From: Candidatus Latescibacterota bacterium
GTDB taxonomy: Bacteria; Latescibacterota; UBA2968; GCA-2709665
DNA length: 64,000 nucleotides
Assembly: GCA_965222075.1 (NCBI GenBank)
Contig: OZ244937.1
Location: forward strand, 3,360,001 to 3,424,000
Direction of reading: 5' to 3'
Below are positions 1-8,222 of the stretch, piece by piece. Under the pieces are notes generated by a model that ran no database searches, was not told the DNA's origin, and saw only the letters and a list, made by a program, of their open reading frames with translations. Numbering within the stretch: position 1 is the stretch's first letter; every line of letters starts with the position of its first letter. Made by a program: the position numbers and the translations under genes.

Positions 1-340
1 TGGGATACGCGTCGGCCGGCAGGATGTTCAGGGTCGCCATATCCTCAAAAAAAACTTCTGTATACTTCTCCGTAAGCGTTTCAAGCGCCGTCCCCTCATC
101 GCGAACCTTCCGGATAATATTGTCTTCCACATCGGTAATATTCATCACATGATGGACCTGATAGCCACGGTAAGTCAGGTAACGCTTGATCAAATCGAAG
201 ACAATAAACGTCTTGAAATTCCCGATATGGGCAACATCGTGAACCGTTGGGCCGCAGCTGTAGAACCGGACCTTCCCCGGCTCGATCTCCTTGAATTCCT
301 CCTTACGCCGGGTCAGTGTGTTGTAAAAACGAACGGCCAT
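1..340 (-). CDS. cysS: Cysteinyl-tRNA synthetase, N-terminal part (runs off the window edge)
   Basis: Manual translation from ATG at 340: MAVRFYNTLTRRKEEFKEIEPGKVRFYSCGPTVHDVAHIGNFKTF...MNITDVEDNII, with CGPTV and HIGN (HIGH) motifs. Confidence 0.9.
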   Translation of the reverse strand, partial: MAVRFYNTLTRRKEEFKEIEPGKVRFYSCGPTVHDVAHIGNFKTFIVFDLIKRYLTYRGYQVHHVMNITDVEDNIIRKVRDEGTALETLTEKYTEVFFEDMATLNILPADAYP

Positions 341-350
341 TAAAAATCCT

Positions 351-1451
351 TCAGGATTCAGGCTCATACGACGTCTTCAACTTCTGTTCTCTCTCAAACC
401 GTTCCAGGGCAAGCTGAATCAGCCGGTCGATCAGTTCCGTGTAGGAAATCCCGCTCGCTTCCCACATCTTGGGATACATGCTAATCCGGGTAAACCCCGG
501 GATCGTATTGATCTCGTTCACCAGAACCTCCCCCTCACCCCGCAAAAAGAAGTCTACCCGGGCCATCCCCTCGCAGCAGAGCACCCGGAAAGACCGGACC
601 GCAAGGTCCTGGACCTCTCGGACAGTTGCCTCCGGCAGCTCGGCGGGTATCTTCAACAGCGCCCCGTTCTCGTCTAAATACTTGGCCTCGTACGAATAGA
701 ATTCATGCTGGGACACAACCTCGCCGGGCACCGAAGCGATCGGATGCTCATTCCCCAGAACGGAACACTCAATCTCCCGTCCCTCGATGAACTCCTCGAT
801 CAGGACCTTGGAATCGTAATGGAAACCCTCCTCGATCGCCCCTGCAAAATCACCACTGTCGTTGACCTTGCTCACCCCCACCGAAGACCCCAGGTTGGCC
901 GGTTTTACAAAAAAGGGAATCCCCAGATGCTTCACCACCTCGTCAAAATCGATCTCAGACGTCCTGAACTTCTCAACCGCCAGAAACAGAGGCGTCGGGA
1001 TGCCGGCGTCCCGGAACAGCCGCTTCATCACATCCTTGTCCATCGCCACGGCCGACCCCAGCACGCTGGCCCCCACAAACGGCACATCGGCCAGCTTCAA
1101 CAGCCCCTGGACAGTGCCGTCCTCGCCAAAGGGTCCGTGGAGCACCGGAAAGATGACATCTACCGGCTCTAAGGGCTGGTTGTCCGAGCTCCGAACCAGA
1201 TGCCCTGCGCCGGATTCCCGGGGCACCAGCGTCACGGAATCCCCTCTGTCCCCCTTTGTGATCTGAGAAGGGTTGGCCTCTAAGAGCGGTGCATCGTTCA
1301 AAGACCACTGTCCCGTCTTATCAATCCCAATCAGCACCATCTCATACTTCTCTTTGTCGATCGCCTCCACCACATTCACCGCCGACTGGAGCGAAACCTC
1401 GTGCTCTGCCGACTTGCCGCCAAAGAGAATGCCGACCCGTTTCTTTTTCAT
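351..1451 (-). CDS. ddlA: D-alanine--D-alanine ligase
   Basis: FGGKSAEHEVSLQSA, LHGPFGEDGTVQG, KPANLGSSVG, NEINTIPGFT motifs. Confidence 0.97.
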   Translation of the reverse strand: MKKKRVGILFGGKSAEHEVSLQSAVNVVEAIDKEKYEMVLIGIDKTGQWSLNDAPLLEANPSQITKGDRGDSVTLVPRESGAGHLVRSSDNQPLEPVDVIFPVLHGPFGEDGTVQGLLKLADVPFVGASVLGSAVAMDKDVMKRLFRDAGIPTPLFLAVEKFRTSEIDFDEVVKHLGIPFFVKPANLGSSVGVSKVNDSGDFAGAIEEGFHYDSKVLIEEFIEGREIECSVLGNEHPIASVPGEVVSQHEFYSYEAKYLDENGALLKIPAELPEATVREVQDLAVRSFRVLCCEGMARVDFFLRGEGEVLVNEINTIPGFTRISMYPKMWEASGISYTELIDRLIQLALERFEREQKLKTSYEPES

Positions 1452-1490
1452 CGCACATCCGCCGTCTTCTGGTAAAAATCAAGCGCGTGC

Positions 1491-2186
1491 TCAGGCCCGT
1501 TTGTCAACACTGTCCGGCGCCTCTTCCGGAGGGTCAGACGCCTGGGCCCGCTCCTGGTTTTTTTTTCGACGCCAGCGCCAGAAGCCCACGCCGCCCACCA
1601 CCATCAGAACCAGAATAATCCAGTTATAAGCCCGCAGCACCTCAACCACCAGCCGCCAGTTTTCGCCCACCATCAGGCCGAAATAGACCAGCAGGCTGTT
1701 CCAGAGAAATGTGCCCAGGAGCACGTAAGCCAGCATCCGGAGGGGATGCATCCGGCTCAGACCGGCCACTACGCCTACAAACGTGCGTACCGTGGGCAAA
1801 AACCGGTTGAAAATCACAACGCGGTCCCCGTACCGGGAAAACCATCGCTCCGCCTTGTTCAGATTCGCGTCCGAGAAGATCCGGGATTCCCACTTGAGAA
1901 AAAGCTCGCGTCCCTTCAGGTAGGCCACACCGTAGACCAGCAAACACCCCAGGGTGCTGCCCGCCCACATCCACAAATACGCCGGTACCACGCGAATAAT
2001 GCCGACCCCGGCCAGGTAAGCCCCAAACACAATCAGCGTATCCCCTGGAATGGGCGGCACCACATTCTCCATAAAGGCGCCTAAGAATAAAAAAAAATAG
2101 ATGCGTCCCGGAGGCTGCCCGTTCAGAAAAACCAGAAACTGCTCCCAGAACTCACCCAGGTATTCCAAGAGAATTGTCCTCAGCAA
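1491..2186 (-). CDS. DedA family membrane protein
   Basis: ENVVPPIPGD, WFSRYG, RFLPTVRTF motifs and hydrophobic segments; start uncertain. Confidence 0.9.
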   Translation of the reverse strand: MLRTILLEYLGEFWEQFLVFLNGQPPGRIYFFLFLGAFMENVVPPIPGDTLIVFGAYLAGVGIIRVVPAYLWMWAGSTLGCLLVYGVAYLKGRELFLKWESRIFSDANLNKAERWFSRYGDRVVIFNRFLPTVRTFVGVVAGLSRMHPLRMLAYVLLGTFLWNSLLVYFGLMVGENWRLVVEVLRAYNWIILVLMVVGGVGFWRWRRKKNQERAQASDPPEEAPDSVDKRA

Positions 2187-2214
2187 AGAAAGGAGTCAGA
2201 AAATTTCCCGATAT

Positions 2215-3414
2215 TCAGCCGTTCTGCGCGCCCCTTGCGTCTCTGCGGTGAACAATCAGCGCCACCGCCTGTGCCGCCATTCCCTCTCCGGTCCCTACAA
2301 ACCCCAGCCCCTCCGTCGTCGTGGCCTTCACCGACACCCGATCCGCCGAAATCCCAAGCGCACCGGCCATGCGGGACTTCATCTGCGGAATATAGGGCGC
2401 CAGTTTCGGACGCTGGGCCATCACCGTCGCATCCACATTGAGGATCTCTGCACCTGCCTCTTTCACCCAGTCCGCCACCCGTTGCAGCAAAACCAGGCTG
2501 GAAACCCCTGCATACGCCGGATCGGTATCCGGAAAATGCTGGCCGATGTCACCTGCGCCCAGGCCGCCCAAGATCGCGTCCCCAACCGCGTGGGACAGCA
2601 CATCCGCATCGGAGTGTCCAAGCAGCCCCCGGTCAAACCGAACCTCCACGCCGCCCAGGATCAGGAGACGGCCCTCCGCCAGCCGATGGACATCGTAGCC
2701 CTGTCCGATGCGAAGAGCCGGTGCCGGCGCCTCTCCCCGTCTCCTTAAAATATCCTCGGCGACCTCGAGATCCTCCGGCGTCGTAATCTTTACATTGTCC
2801 CGGCGACCTTCCACCACCCTCACCGGCGCGTTCAACCGTTCCACAAGGGCCGTATCGTCCGTTCCCACATATCCGGACCGTGCAGCTTCCCTGTGCGCAC
2901 GCCGGATCAGGTCGGCCTGAAAAGCCTGAGGCGTCTGCACGCTCCACAGGCGGGACCTGTCCAGAGTTTTCAAGACCCGTTCACCCTCAATCTCTTTGAC
3001 CGTATCGGTCACCGGCGTCCCCAGAACCGCCGCCCCCGTCTCGCGCGCCTCTCCCACAACAGCGTCGATCTGCTCGGGCAGAACCAGAGGCCTCGCAGCG
3101 TCGTGGACCGCAATCACCTCGGCCTCGTCCCCCACCGCCTTTAGGCCCTCGGCCACCGAATCCTGACGCTCCACACCCCCGGGCGCCACCGCAGAAACCT
3201 TCCGCCCCCCCCAGGTCTTCACAAACGCTTTGCACCGATCTACCTGTTCGGGCGGAGCCACAAGCACGATACGGTCGATACTCCCGGCCTGCTCAAAGGC
3301 CTCCAGGGTATGGGCCAGAATAGGCTTGCCGGCCAGATCCATAAACTGCTTGGGCCGACCGGTGCCCATCCGGCGGCCGGACCCGGCGGCAAGGACAATG
3401 GCGTAAGAAGTCAT
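2215..3414 (-). CDS. ispDF: Bifunctional IspD/IspF (MEP pathway)
   Basis: LAAGSGRRMG..PKQF, VHDAARP, QTPQAF (IspD) followed by RIGQGYDVHRL, GHSDADV, KATTTEGLGF (IspF); start set at MTSYAIV. Confidence 0.96.
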   Translation of the reverse strand: MTSYAIVLAAGSGRRMGTGRPKQFMDLAGKPILAHTLEAFEQAGSIDRIVLVAPPEQVDRCKAFVKTWGGRKVSAVAPGGVERQDSVAEGLKAVGDEAEVIAVHDAARPLVLPEQIDAVVGEARETGAAVLGTPVTDTVKEIEGERVLKTLDRSRLWSVQTPQAFQADLIRRAHREAARSGYVGTDDTALVERLNAPVRVVEGRRDNVKITTPEDLEVAEDILRRRGEAPAPALRIGQGYDVHRLAEGRLLILGGVEVRFDRGLLGHSDADVLSHAVGDAILGGLGAGDIGQHFPDTDPAYAGVSSLVLLQRVADWVKEAGAEILNVDATVMAQRPKLAPYIPQMKSRMAGALGISADRVSVKATTTEGLGFVGTGEGMAAQAVALIVHRRDARGAQNG

Positions 3415-3430
3415 TAGGAAGGGAGCCAGT

Positions 3431-3500
3431 GCGGAGTGCGGATCACCACCCTGGAATAAAAGCTTCTCAATCCGAAATCCCAAATCCGCATCCCGAAATC
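3431..3500. repeat. Intergenic AATCCGCA/AATCCCAA-type repeat element, second copy at 32081-32131
   Basis: ggaataaaagcttctcaatcc..caaatccgcatcccgaaat here vs ggaataaaggcttttcaatcccaaatccgcaacccgaaat at about 32092. Confidence 0.6.
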
Positions 3501-3503
3501 TTT

Positions 3504-4355
3504 CTACCCCAGCCGATAGAAAGCAATTGCGTTATCGTGGAACACCTTTCTCATCTCGTCCTCAGAGCATCCCTCAAGCGCCCAGGCCAGCGTTTCCACC
3601 CACACCGGGTACTCGCAGGCCAGACGCGCCACCGGCCAATCGCCCCCGAACATGATCCGGTCAAAACCGAAACAGTCCACAACGTGGTCGATGTACGGCC
3701 TGAGGTCCTCGCGGGTCCAGTTTGCATGGTCGGCCTCCGTCACCATCCCGGACACCTTGCACCAGACATTGGGCATCCCGGCTAAGTGCGCGACCTCCTG
3801 CTTCCAGGGCGCCGTCACCCGGTTCTTGATATCCGGTTTCCCGATGTGGTCCAGGATAAACCGCACGTTTGGACATTGCCGGACCATTTCAATCGTATTT
3901 GCTAAGTGAACGTGGTGAATGCAGATGTCAAAACACAGATCGTATTCCTCAAGCAACCGCACCCCCCTGACAAAGTCGGGCTGGAGACAGAATTCCACAT
4001 CCTCAGACTGGATAATCCGCCGGACGCCCTTAACCAGCCTGTTCTGCGACAGCACATCTAAGGCCTCACGGGCGCCCTCACCCTTCTCCAGCGGCGCCCA
4101 GGGCACCATCCCCTGAATCCTCGGATCTTGCTGAACGAGGGACGTCACCCATTCGGCCTCTTCGATAAACTGCGAAAACTCACAATCGCACTGGAGAAAA
4201 ACGATGCGTTCCACGTCCACCGGCCCACAGAACCTCGTATAATCTTCCGGGAGATAAGCCCTGTTCAACAGCGGCGTATCGTCCAGCCACGGATACCGGA
4301 GATTGCCCGGGTCCCACAGGTGCACGTGGGTATCGACAATTGGGAAATCAATCAT
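3504..4355 (-). CDS. Amidohydrolase family protein (L-fuconolactonase-like)
   Basis: IVDTHVHLWD, LDHIGKP, CKVSGMVTEAD, FGGDWPV; start set at MIDFPIV, overlapping the queA stop. Confidence 0.9.
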   Translation of the reverse strand: MIDFPIVDTHVHLWDPGNLRYPWLDDTPLLNRAYLPEDYTRFCGPVDVERIVFLQCDCEFSQFIEEAEWVTSLVQQDPRIQGMVPWAPLEKGEGAREALDVLSQNRLVKGVRRIIQSEDVEFCLQPDFVRGVRLLEEYDLCFDICIHHVHLANTIEMVRQCPNVRFILDHIGKPDIKNRVTAPWKQEVAHLAGMPNVWCKVSGMVTEADHANWTREDLRPYIDHVVDCFGFDRIMFGGDWPVARLACEYPVWVETLAWALEGCSEDEMRKVFHDNAIAFYRLG

Positions 4356-5407
4356 GGAATTGAACCATCCCTGAAGTGAAAAACGAGCATCGCATCCCCA
4401 TAACTGTAGAATCGGTAGCCTTGTCGGACCGCCTCCCGGTAGGCCTCCAGAACGAACGGCCGGCCGGCAAAAGCCGAAACAAGCATCAACAGTGTTGACC
4501 TGGGGAGGTGGAAATTGGTAATCAGCACATCTGCCAGCCGGAACGAATAGGGCGGGTAAATAAAGAGCCGGGTCCACCCCGACCGGGGGCGGAGGGCCCA
4601 GCCGTCCCCATCCTGCACGGCCGCCGATTCTAAGGCGCGCACCGACGTCGTCCCCACAGCCACAACGCGTCCTCCCCGCTGCCGACACCGATTGACCCTA
4701 TCGGCAGCGTCGGCACCCACGTTGAAAAATTCCGCATCCATCTCGTGGCGCGCTTCCTCCAGGACCGGTTTGAACGTACCGGGTCCCACGTGGAGCAGCA
4801 CCGGTGCGATCTCCACCCCCACAGCGCGCACCCGATTCAGCAGCTCCGGCGTAAAATGGAGTCCGGCCGTAGGCGCAGCCACCGCCCCTGGGGTTCGGGC
4901 ATACACCGCCTGATAGCGTTCCCGGTCCTCCGGCAGGTCCTCCCTGCGAATATAGGGCGGAAGCGGGATGCGCCCCCTCCGCTCCAGAACCTCCTCCACC
5001 GACGCGCTCCCCCGAAACCGGAGCAGCCGGCGGCCCGAGTCGCAGACCGCCTCCACAACCGCCGTTAGATCCTCTTCCGGAAAAGCCACCTCCGCGCCCA
5101 CCCGCAGGCGCCGTCCGGGACGAGCTAAGGCCTCCCAGACCTCCCCTTCCCGTCTAAGCAGCAGGAACTCCACTGCCCCCCCGCTGCCGGGCCGATACCC
5201 CTTCAGACGCGCTGGAAAAACCCGGGTCTCGTTGATCACCAGGCAATCCCCCGGCTCCAGGAAATCGGGCAGATCCCTGAACAGCGCATGCCGGATGCCC
5301 CGATCCTCCGGGTCCAGAACCATCAGCCGGGACCCGTCACGTTCGGCCACGGGGCGCTGCGCAATCAGGTCTTCCGGGAGGTCATAATCGTAATCGGAAA
5401 GTGTCAC
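4352..5407 (-). CDS. queA: SAM:tRNA ribosyltransferase-isomerase
   Basis: YDYDLPEDLIAQ, AAPTAGLHFT, VGTTSVRALE, TNFHLPRSTL, YRFYSYGDAM. Confidence 0.97.
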   Translation of the reverse strand: MTLSDYDYDLPEDLIAQRPVAERDGSRLMVLDPEDRGIRHALFRDLPDFLEPGDCLVINETRVFPARLKGYRPGSGGAVEFLLLRREGEVWEALARPGRRLRVGAEVAFPEEDLTAVVEAVCDSGRRLLRFRGSASVEEVLERRGRIPLPPYIRREDLPEDRERYQAVYARTPGAVAAPTAGLHFTPELLNRVRAVGVEIAPVLLHVGPGTFKPVLEEARHEMDAEFFNVGADAADRVNRCRQRGGRVVAVGTTSVRALESAAVQDGDGWALRPRSGWTRLFIYPPYSFRLADVLITNFHLPRSTLLMLVSAFAGRPFVLEAYREAVRQGYRFYSYGDAMLVFHFRDGSIP

Positions 5408-5502
5408 AACGGAAGATCAACTCCCGGCGAACCGCCGTCGTACGGGCACGGCATGCCATACCCCATCTATCTGTCGGCCACCTGAGCCCGGAACTTTTAC
5501 CG

Positions 5503-5727
5503 CTATCGCCGGGAGATAATGTTCAAAATAATCGTCAGAAGAACGCTCACCACAATACAGGTCACCACCGGAAAGTAAAAATTGAACCCCTTCCGCTGAA
5601 TGAAAATGTCTCCAGGCAGGCGCCCCAGAAAAGGAATCTTATCCCCAAACATGAAGAGGAGGCCGACCACAAACAGCGCCGTGCCTCCTATCACCAGAAT
5701 TTTTCCCAAACCGGAGAAGTCGGCCAT
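5503..5727 (-). CDS. DUF2905-type small membrane protein
   Basis: LGRLPGDIFIQRKGFNFYFPVVTCIVVS signature; usual neighbour of queA. Confidence 0.85.
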   Translation of the reverse strand: MADFSGLGKILVIGGTALFVVGLLFMFGDKIPFLGRLPGDIFIQRKGFNFYFPVVTCIVVSVLLTIILNIISRR

Positions 5728-5876
5728 AGCCAAAGGCCTTCCATACCAAGCGACAAACCCCCTGAAAAAGGGGCCAAAAAACTTACACAATTCTCAAAAA
5801 CGTGTCAAGGGTACAGGTCTTTGGGGTAAGCGGTGCAGCGCGGGGAGGCGTAATCCCGTTTTCACAATTCACGAAC

Positions 5877-6647
5877 TCACCGTCCCATCCAGCCCCCGTC
5901 CACGGTGAGGATCGCGCCGTGGACATAATCGGCGGCATCGGAACTCAGAAACAGGACCGCGCCCTTCAAATCGTCCGGCGCGCCCCAGCGGCCGGCCGGA
6001 ATCCGCACCAGGATCTGCTCGCTGCGCGCCGCATCGGCCCGAAGCGCCGCATTGTTGTCCGTGGCGATATAGCCCGGGGCGATGGCGTTCACGTTCACCC
6101 CCCTGCCGGCCCATTCGTTGGCCAGCGCCCTCGTCAGCTGCCCGATGCCCCCCTTGCTCGCCGCGTAGCCCGGAACCGTGATCCCACCCTGGAAGCTAAG
6201 CACCGAAGCGGTGAAGATAATCTTGCCCTTCCCGCGGGCAAGCATCGCCTTCCCAAACTCCCGGGCGAGGACGAACTGGGCGTTCAGGTTGACTTCGATC
6301 ACCCTGTCCCAGTAGTCGTCCGGGTGTTCGGCCGCCGGGCTGCGCAGGATGGTCCCGGCATTGTTGACCAGAATATCGACCTGAGGAACATCCTTCTTCA
6401 CCTGCCCGATAAAATGGTAAAGCGCCTTGCGGTCTGAAAAATCGCAAGCATATCCCTTAAACGTTCGCCCCAATGCGAACACATCCCGTTCTACATCGCT
6501 ACCGGAGGGCTCCAGCGAAGCGCTCACTCCGACAATATCGGCGCCTCCTTCGGCCAAAGCCTGGGCAAAGCCTCGGCCGATGCCGCGCCTGCAGCCGGTA
6601 ACCAGCGCCACCTTGCCGTCCAGCCTGAACAGCTCCGGAATGCCCAT
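5877..6647 (-). CDS. kduD: SDR, 2-dehydro-3-deoxy-D-gluconate 5-dehydrogenase-like
   Basis: TGCRRGIG, NNAG, SFQGGITVPGYAASKGG, NVNAIAPGYIATDN. Confidence 0.88.
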   Translation of the reverse strand: MGIPELFRLDGKVALVTGCRRGIGRGFAQALAEGGADIVGVSASLEPSGSDVERDVFALGRTFKGYACDFSDRKALYHFIGQVKKDVPQVDILVNNAGTILRSPAAEHPDDYWDRVIEVNLNAQFVLAREFGKAMLARGKGKIIFTASVLSFQGGITVPGYAASKGGIGQLTRALANEWAGRGVNVNAIAPGYIATDNNAALRADAARSEQILVRIPAGRWGAPDDLKGAVLFLSSDAADYVHGAILTVDGGWMGR

Positions 6648-6672
6648 AAAACCCTCCGCCGTCCGCTGTACC

Positions 6673-7707
6673 CTAAGGCGTAAACACCACCTTCAACGCT
6701 TCCATATTCTCGGCCGCCGCAAAACCTACCTCCCACTCTTTCAGCGGAAGTCGGTGGGTAATAATCGGCTCAACGTCAATCTTCCCCTCGGCGATCATCC
6801 AGATCGTTTTGTCCCAGCTCGCGTACTCGGTGGACATATTGAAGAACAGGGTCACAACCTTGGTCATCGCCGCGTCCCAGTCCAGCTCCACGGGCCGCTT
6901 GCCGGTCAGGCCGATCGCGCAGATTCGCCCCCACTTGCACACTAAGTCCACCGCCTGGGCAATCGCCGGAGGGGCCCCCGAACATTCGATCACCAGGTCC
7001 GCCCCTTTGCCGTCGGTCAGTTCCAGGCACTTTTTTACCGGGTCGGTTTCGGCAAAATTAATCACGTGGTCGATACCCAGCTCCCGCGCCGTGGCCAAGC
7101 GCAGCTCCTCGTCTGGAGGCGCGCCTACCATCATGACCTCCCTGGCCCCCGCCACTCTGGCAACCTGGGCCGCCAGCAGACCGATCGGACCCGGCCCCAG
7201 CACCACCACGAAATCGCCCACCTCAATCGCCTTCCGATCGACAATATCCGTAACCGTATTTGCAGCCGGTTCAACCAGCGCCGCGTGTTCAAAGGACATC
7301 GTATCGGGAATCCGGTGCAGGAGATTGGTGGGATATTTCAGGTATTTCGTAAACGCCCCATCGATCCCCCAGCCGGGGGACCGTTTCTCCAGACAGTTCT
7401 GGATATGACCCCTCCGGCAAAGGAAACACTTGCCGCAGTGCAGCGTATGCGGCTCTCCCACAACCCGATCTCCCACCTTCCAGTCCTGAATATTTTTTCC
7501 GGTCTCGACAATCTCGCCGGAAAATTCATGCCCTAAGATAACCGGCGGCCAGTAGGGAAATGTATCGTGTTTCACATGAACATCCGTACCACAAATTCCT
7601 GCCGCCTTGACCTCTATAAGGACCTCGTCGTCCGTAATCGCAGGCTCGGGCACATCCTGCAATTCCAGAAACCCCTTGCCCTTTTCTGTCTTGACAACCG
7701 CTAACAT
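6673..7707 (-). CDS. Zn-dependent alcohol/polyol dehydrogenase (MDR family)
   Basis: GICGTD, GHEFSG, CGKCFLC..C, GPGPIG. Confidence 0.92.
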   Translation of the reverse strand: MLAVVKTEKGKGFLELQDVPEPAITDDEVLIEVKAAGICGTDVHVKHDTFPYWPPVILGHEFSGEIVETGKNIQDWKVGDRVVGEPHTLHCGKCFLCRRGHIQNCLEKRSPGWGIDGAFTKYLKYPTNLLHRIPDTMSFEHAALVEPAANTVTDIVDRKAIEVGDFVVVLGPGPIGLLAAQVARVAGAREVMMVGAPPDEELRLATARELGIDHVINFAETDPVKKCLELTDGKGADLVIECSGAPPAIAQAVDLVCKWGRICAIGLTGKRPVELDWDAAMTKVVTLFFNMSTEYASWDKTIWMIAEGKIDVEPIITHRLPLKEWEVGFAAAENMEALKVVFTP

Positions 7708-7820
7708 AGCAAACTCCTTATCGAATCAACGACCACCCGCAGTAGCGGGTGCCCGCCTCCGGCTCACAGGATCGTCTCCTCGCCCTGGTGAATATTGAAT
7801 TTCAATCCCGGCTTTTACCC

Positions 7821-7849
7821 TTGAAATTCAGGCAGGGATCGCGTATAAT
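7821..7849 (+). promoter_or_regulatory. Sigma70-type promoter
   Basis: TTGAAA-17 bp-TATAAT; the -35 overlaps one arm of a 10-bp inverted repeat (7796-7805/7821-7830). Confidence 0.6.
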
Positions 7850-7927
7850 TACTTACAATACAGCAAAAACGCGGAGCCGATCAGCGGCACCGACACCGGT
7901 CGGCTCCTGAAGTAAATGGGCAGAACA

Positions 7928-8071
7928 TCACCCGCAGTCGAGACAGCGGATCTCTCCAAACACCCGGTCCTGCTCCAACGCTTCGTCGATCACGAAATTC
8001 ACCAGACAGCGGGTGGCCCTGGAGGCGTCTTCCAGACCGTATTTCCGGGCCATCTCCTCCAAAAGTACCAT
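7928..8071 (-). CDS. Small hypothetical protein with C-terminal CxxC (possibly 5'-damaged)
   Basis: MVLLEEMARKYGLEDASRATRCLVNFVIDE...EIRCLDCG; lies downstream of a strong minus-strand promoter. Confidence 0.5.
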   Translation of the reverse strand: MVLLEEMARKYGLEDASRATRCLVNFVIDEALEQDRVFGEIRCLDCG

Positions 8072-8114
8072 ACTGATGTAAGCATATACATCTCCCCAAA
8101 ATGACCTGGGGAGT

Positions 8115-8143
8115 ATGATAGTGTATCCTGAAGCTGTTGTCAA
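8115..8143 (-). promoter_or_regulatory. Sigma70-type promoter
   Basis: Minus strand TTGACA-17 bp-TATCAT. Confidence 0.65.
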
Positions 8144-8222
8144 TGCCTGATTAAAGAAAGCCCAAAGTCCAAAGTCGCTCCTGTGGGGACGGGTGGGAGA
8201 CTCAGGACTCGGGACTGTAACG

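Noticed and set aside
4356-4688. N-terminal extension of the amidohydrolase ORF (likewise the extensions of ispDF, the M28 peptidase and the D-threonine aldolase-like ORF)
   Set aside because: These overlap neighbouring genes or intergenic repeats, and better starts exist downstream.
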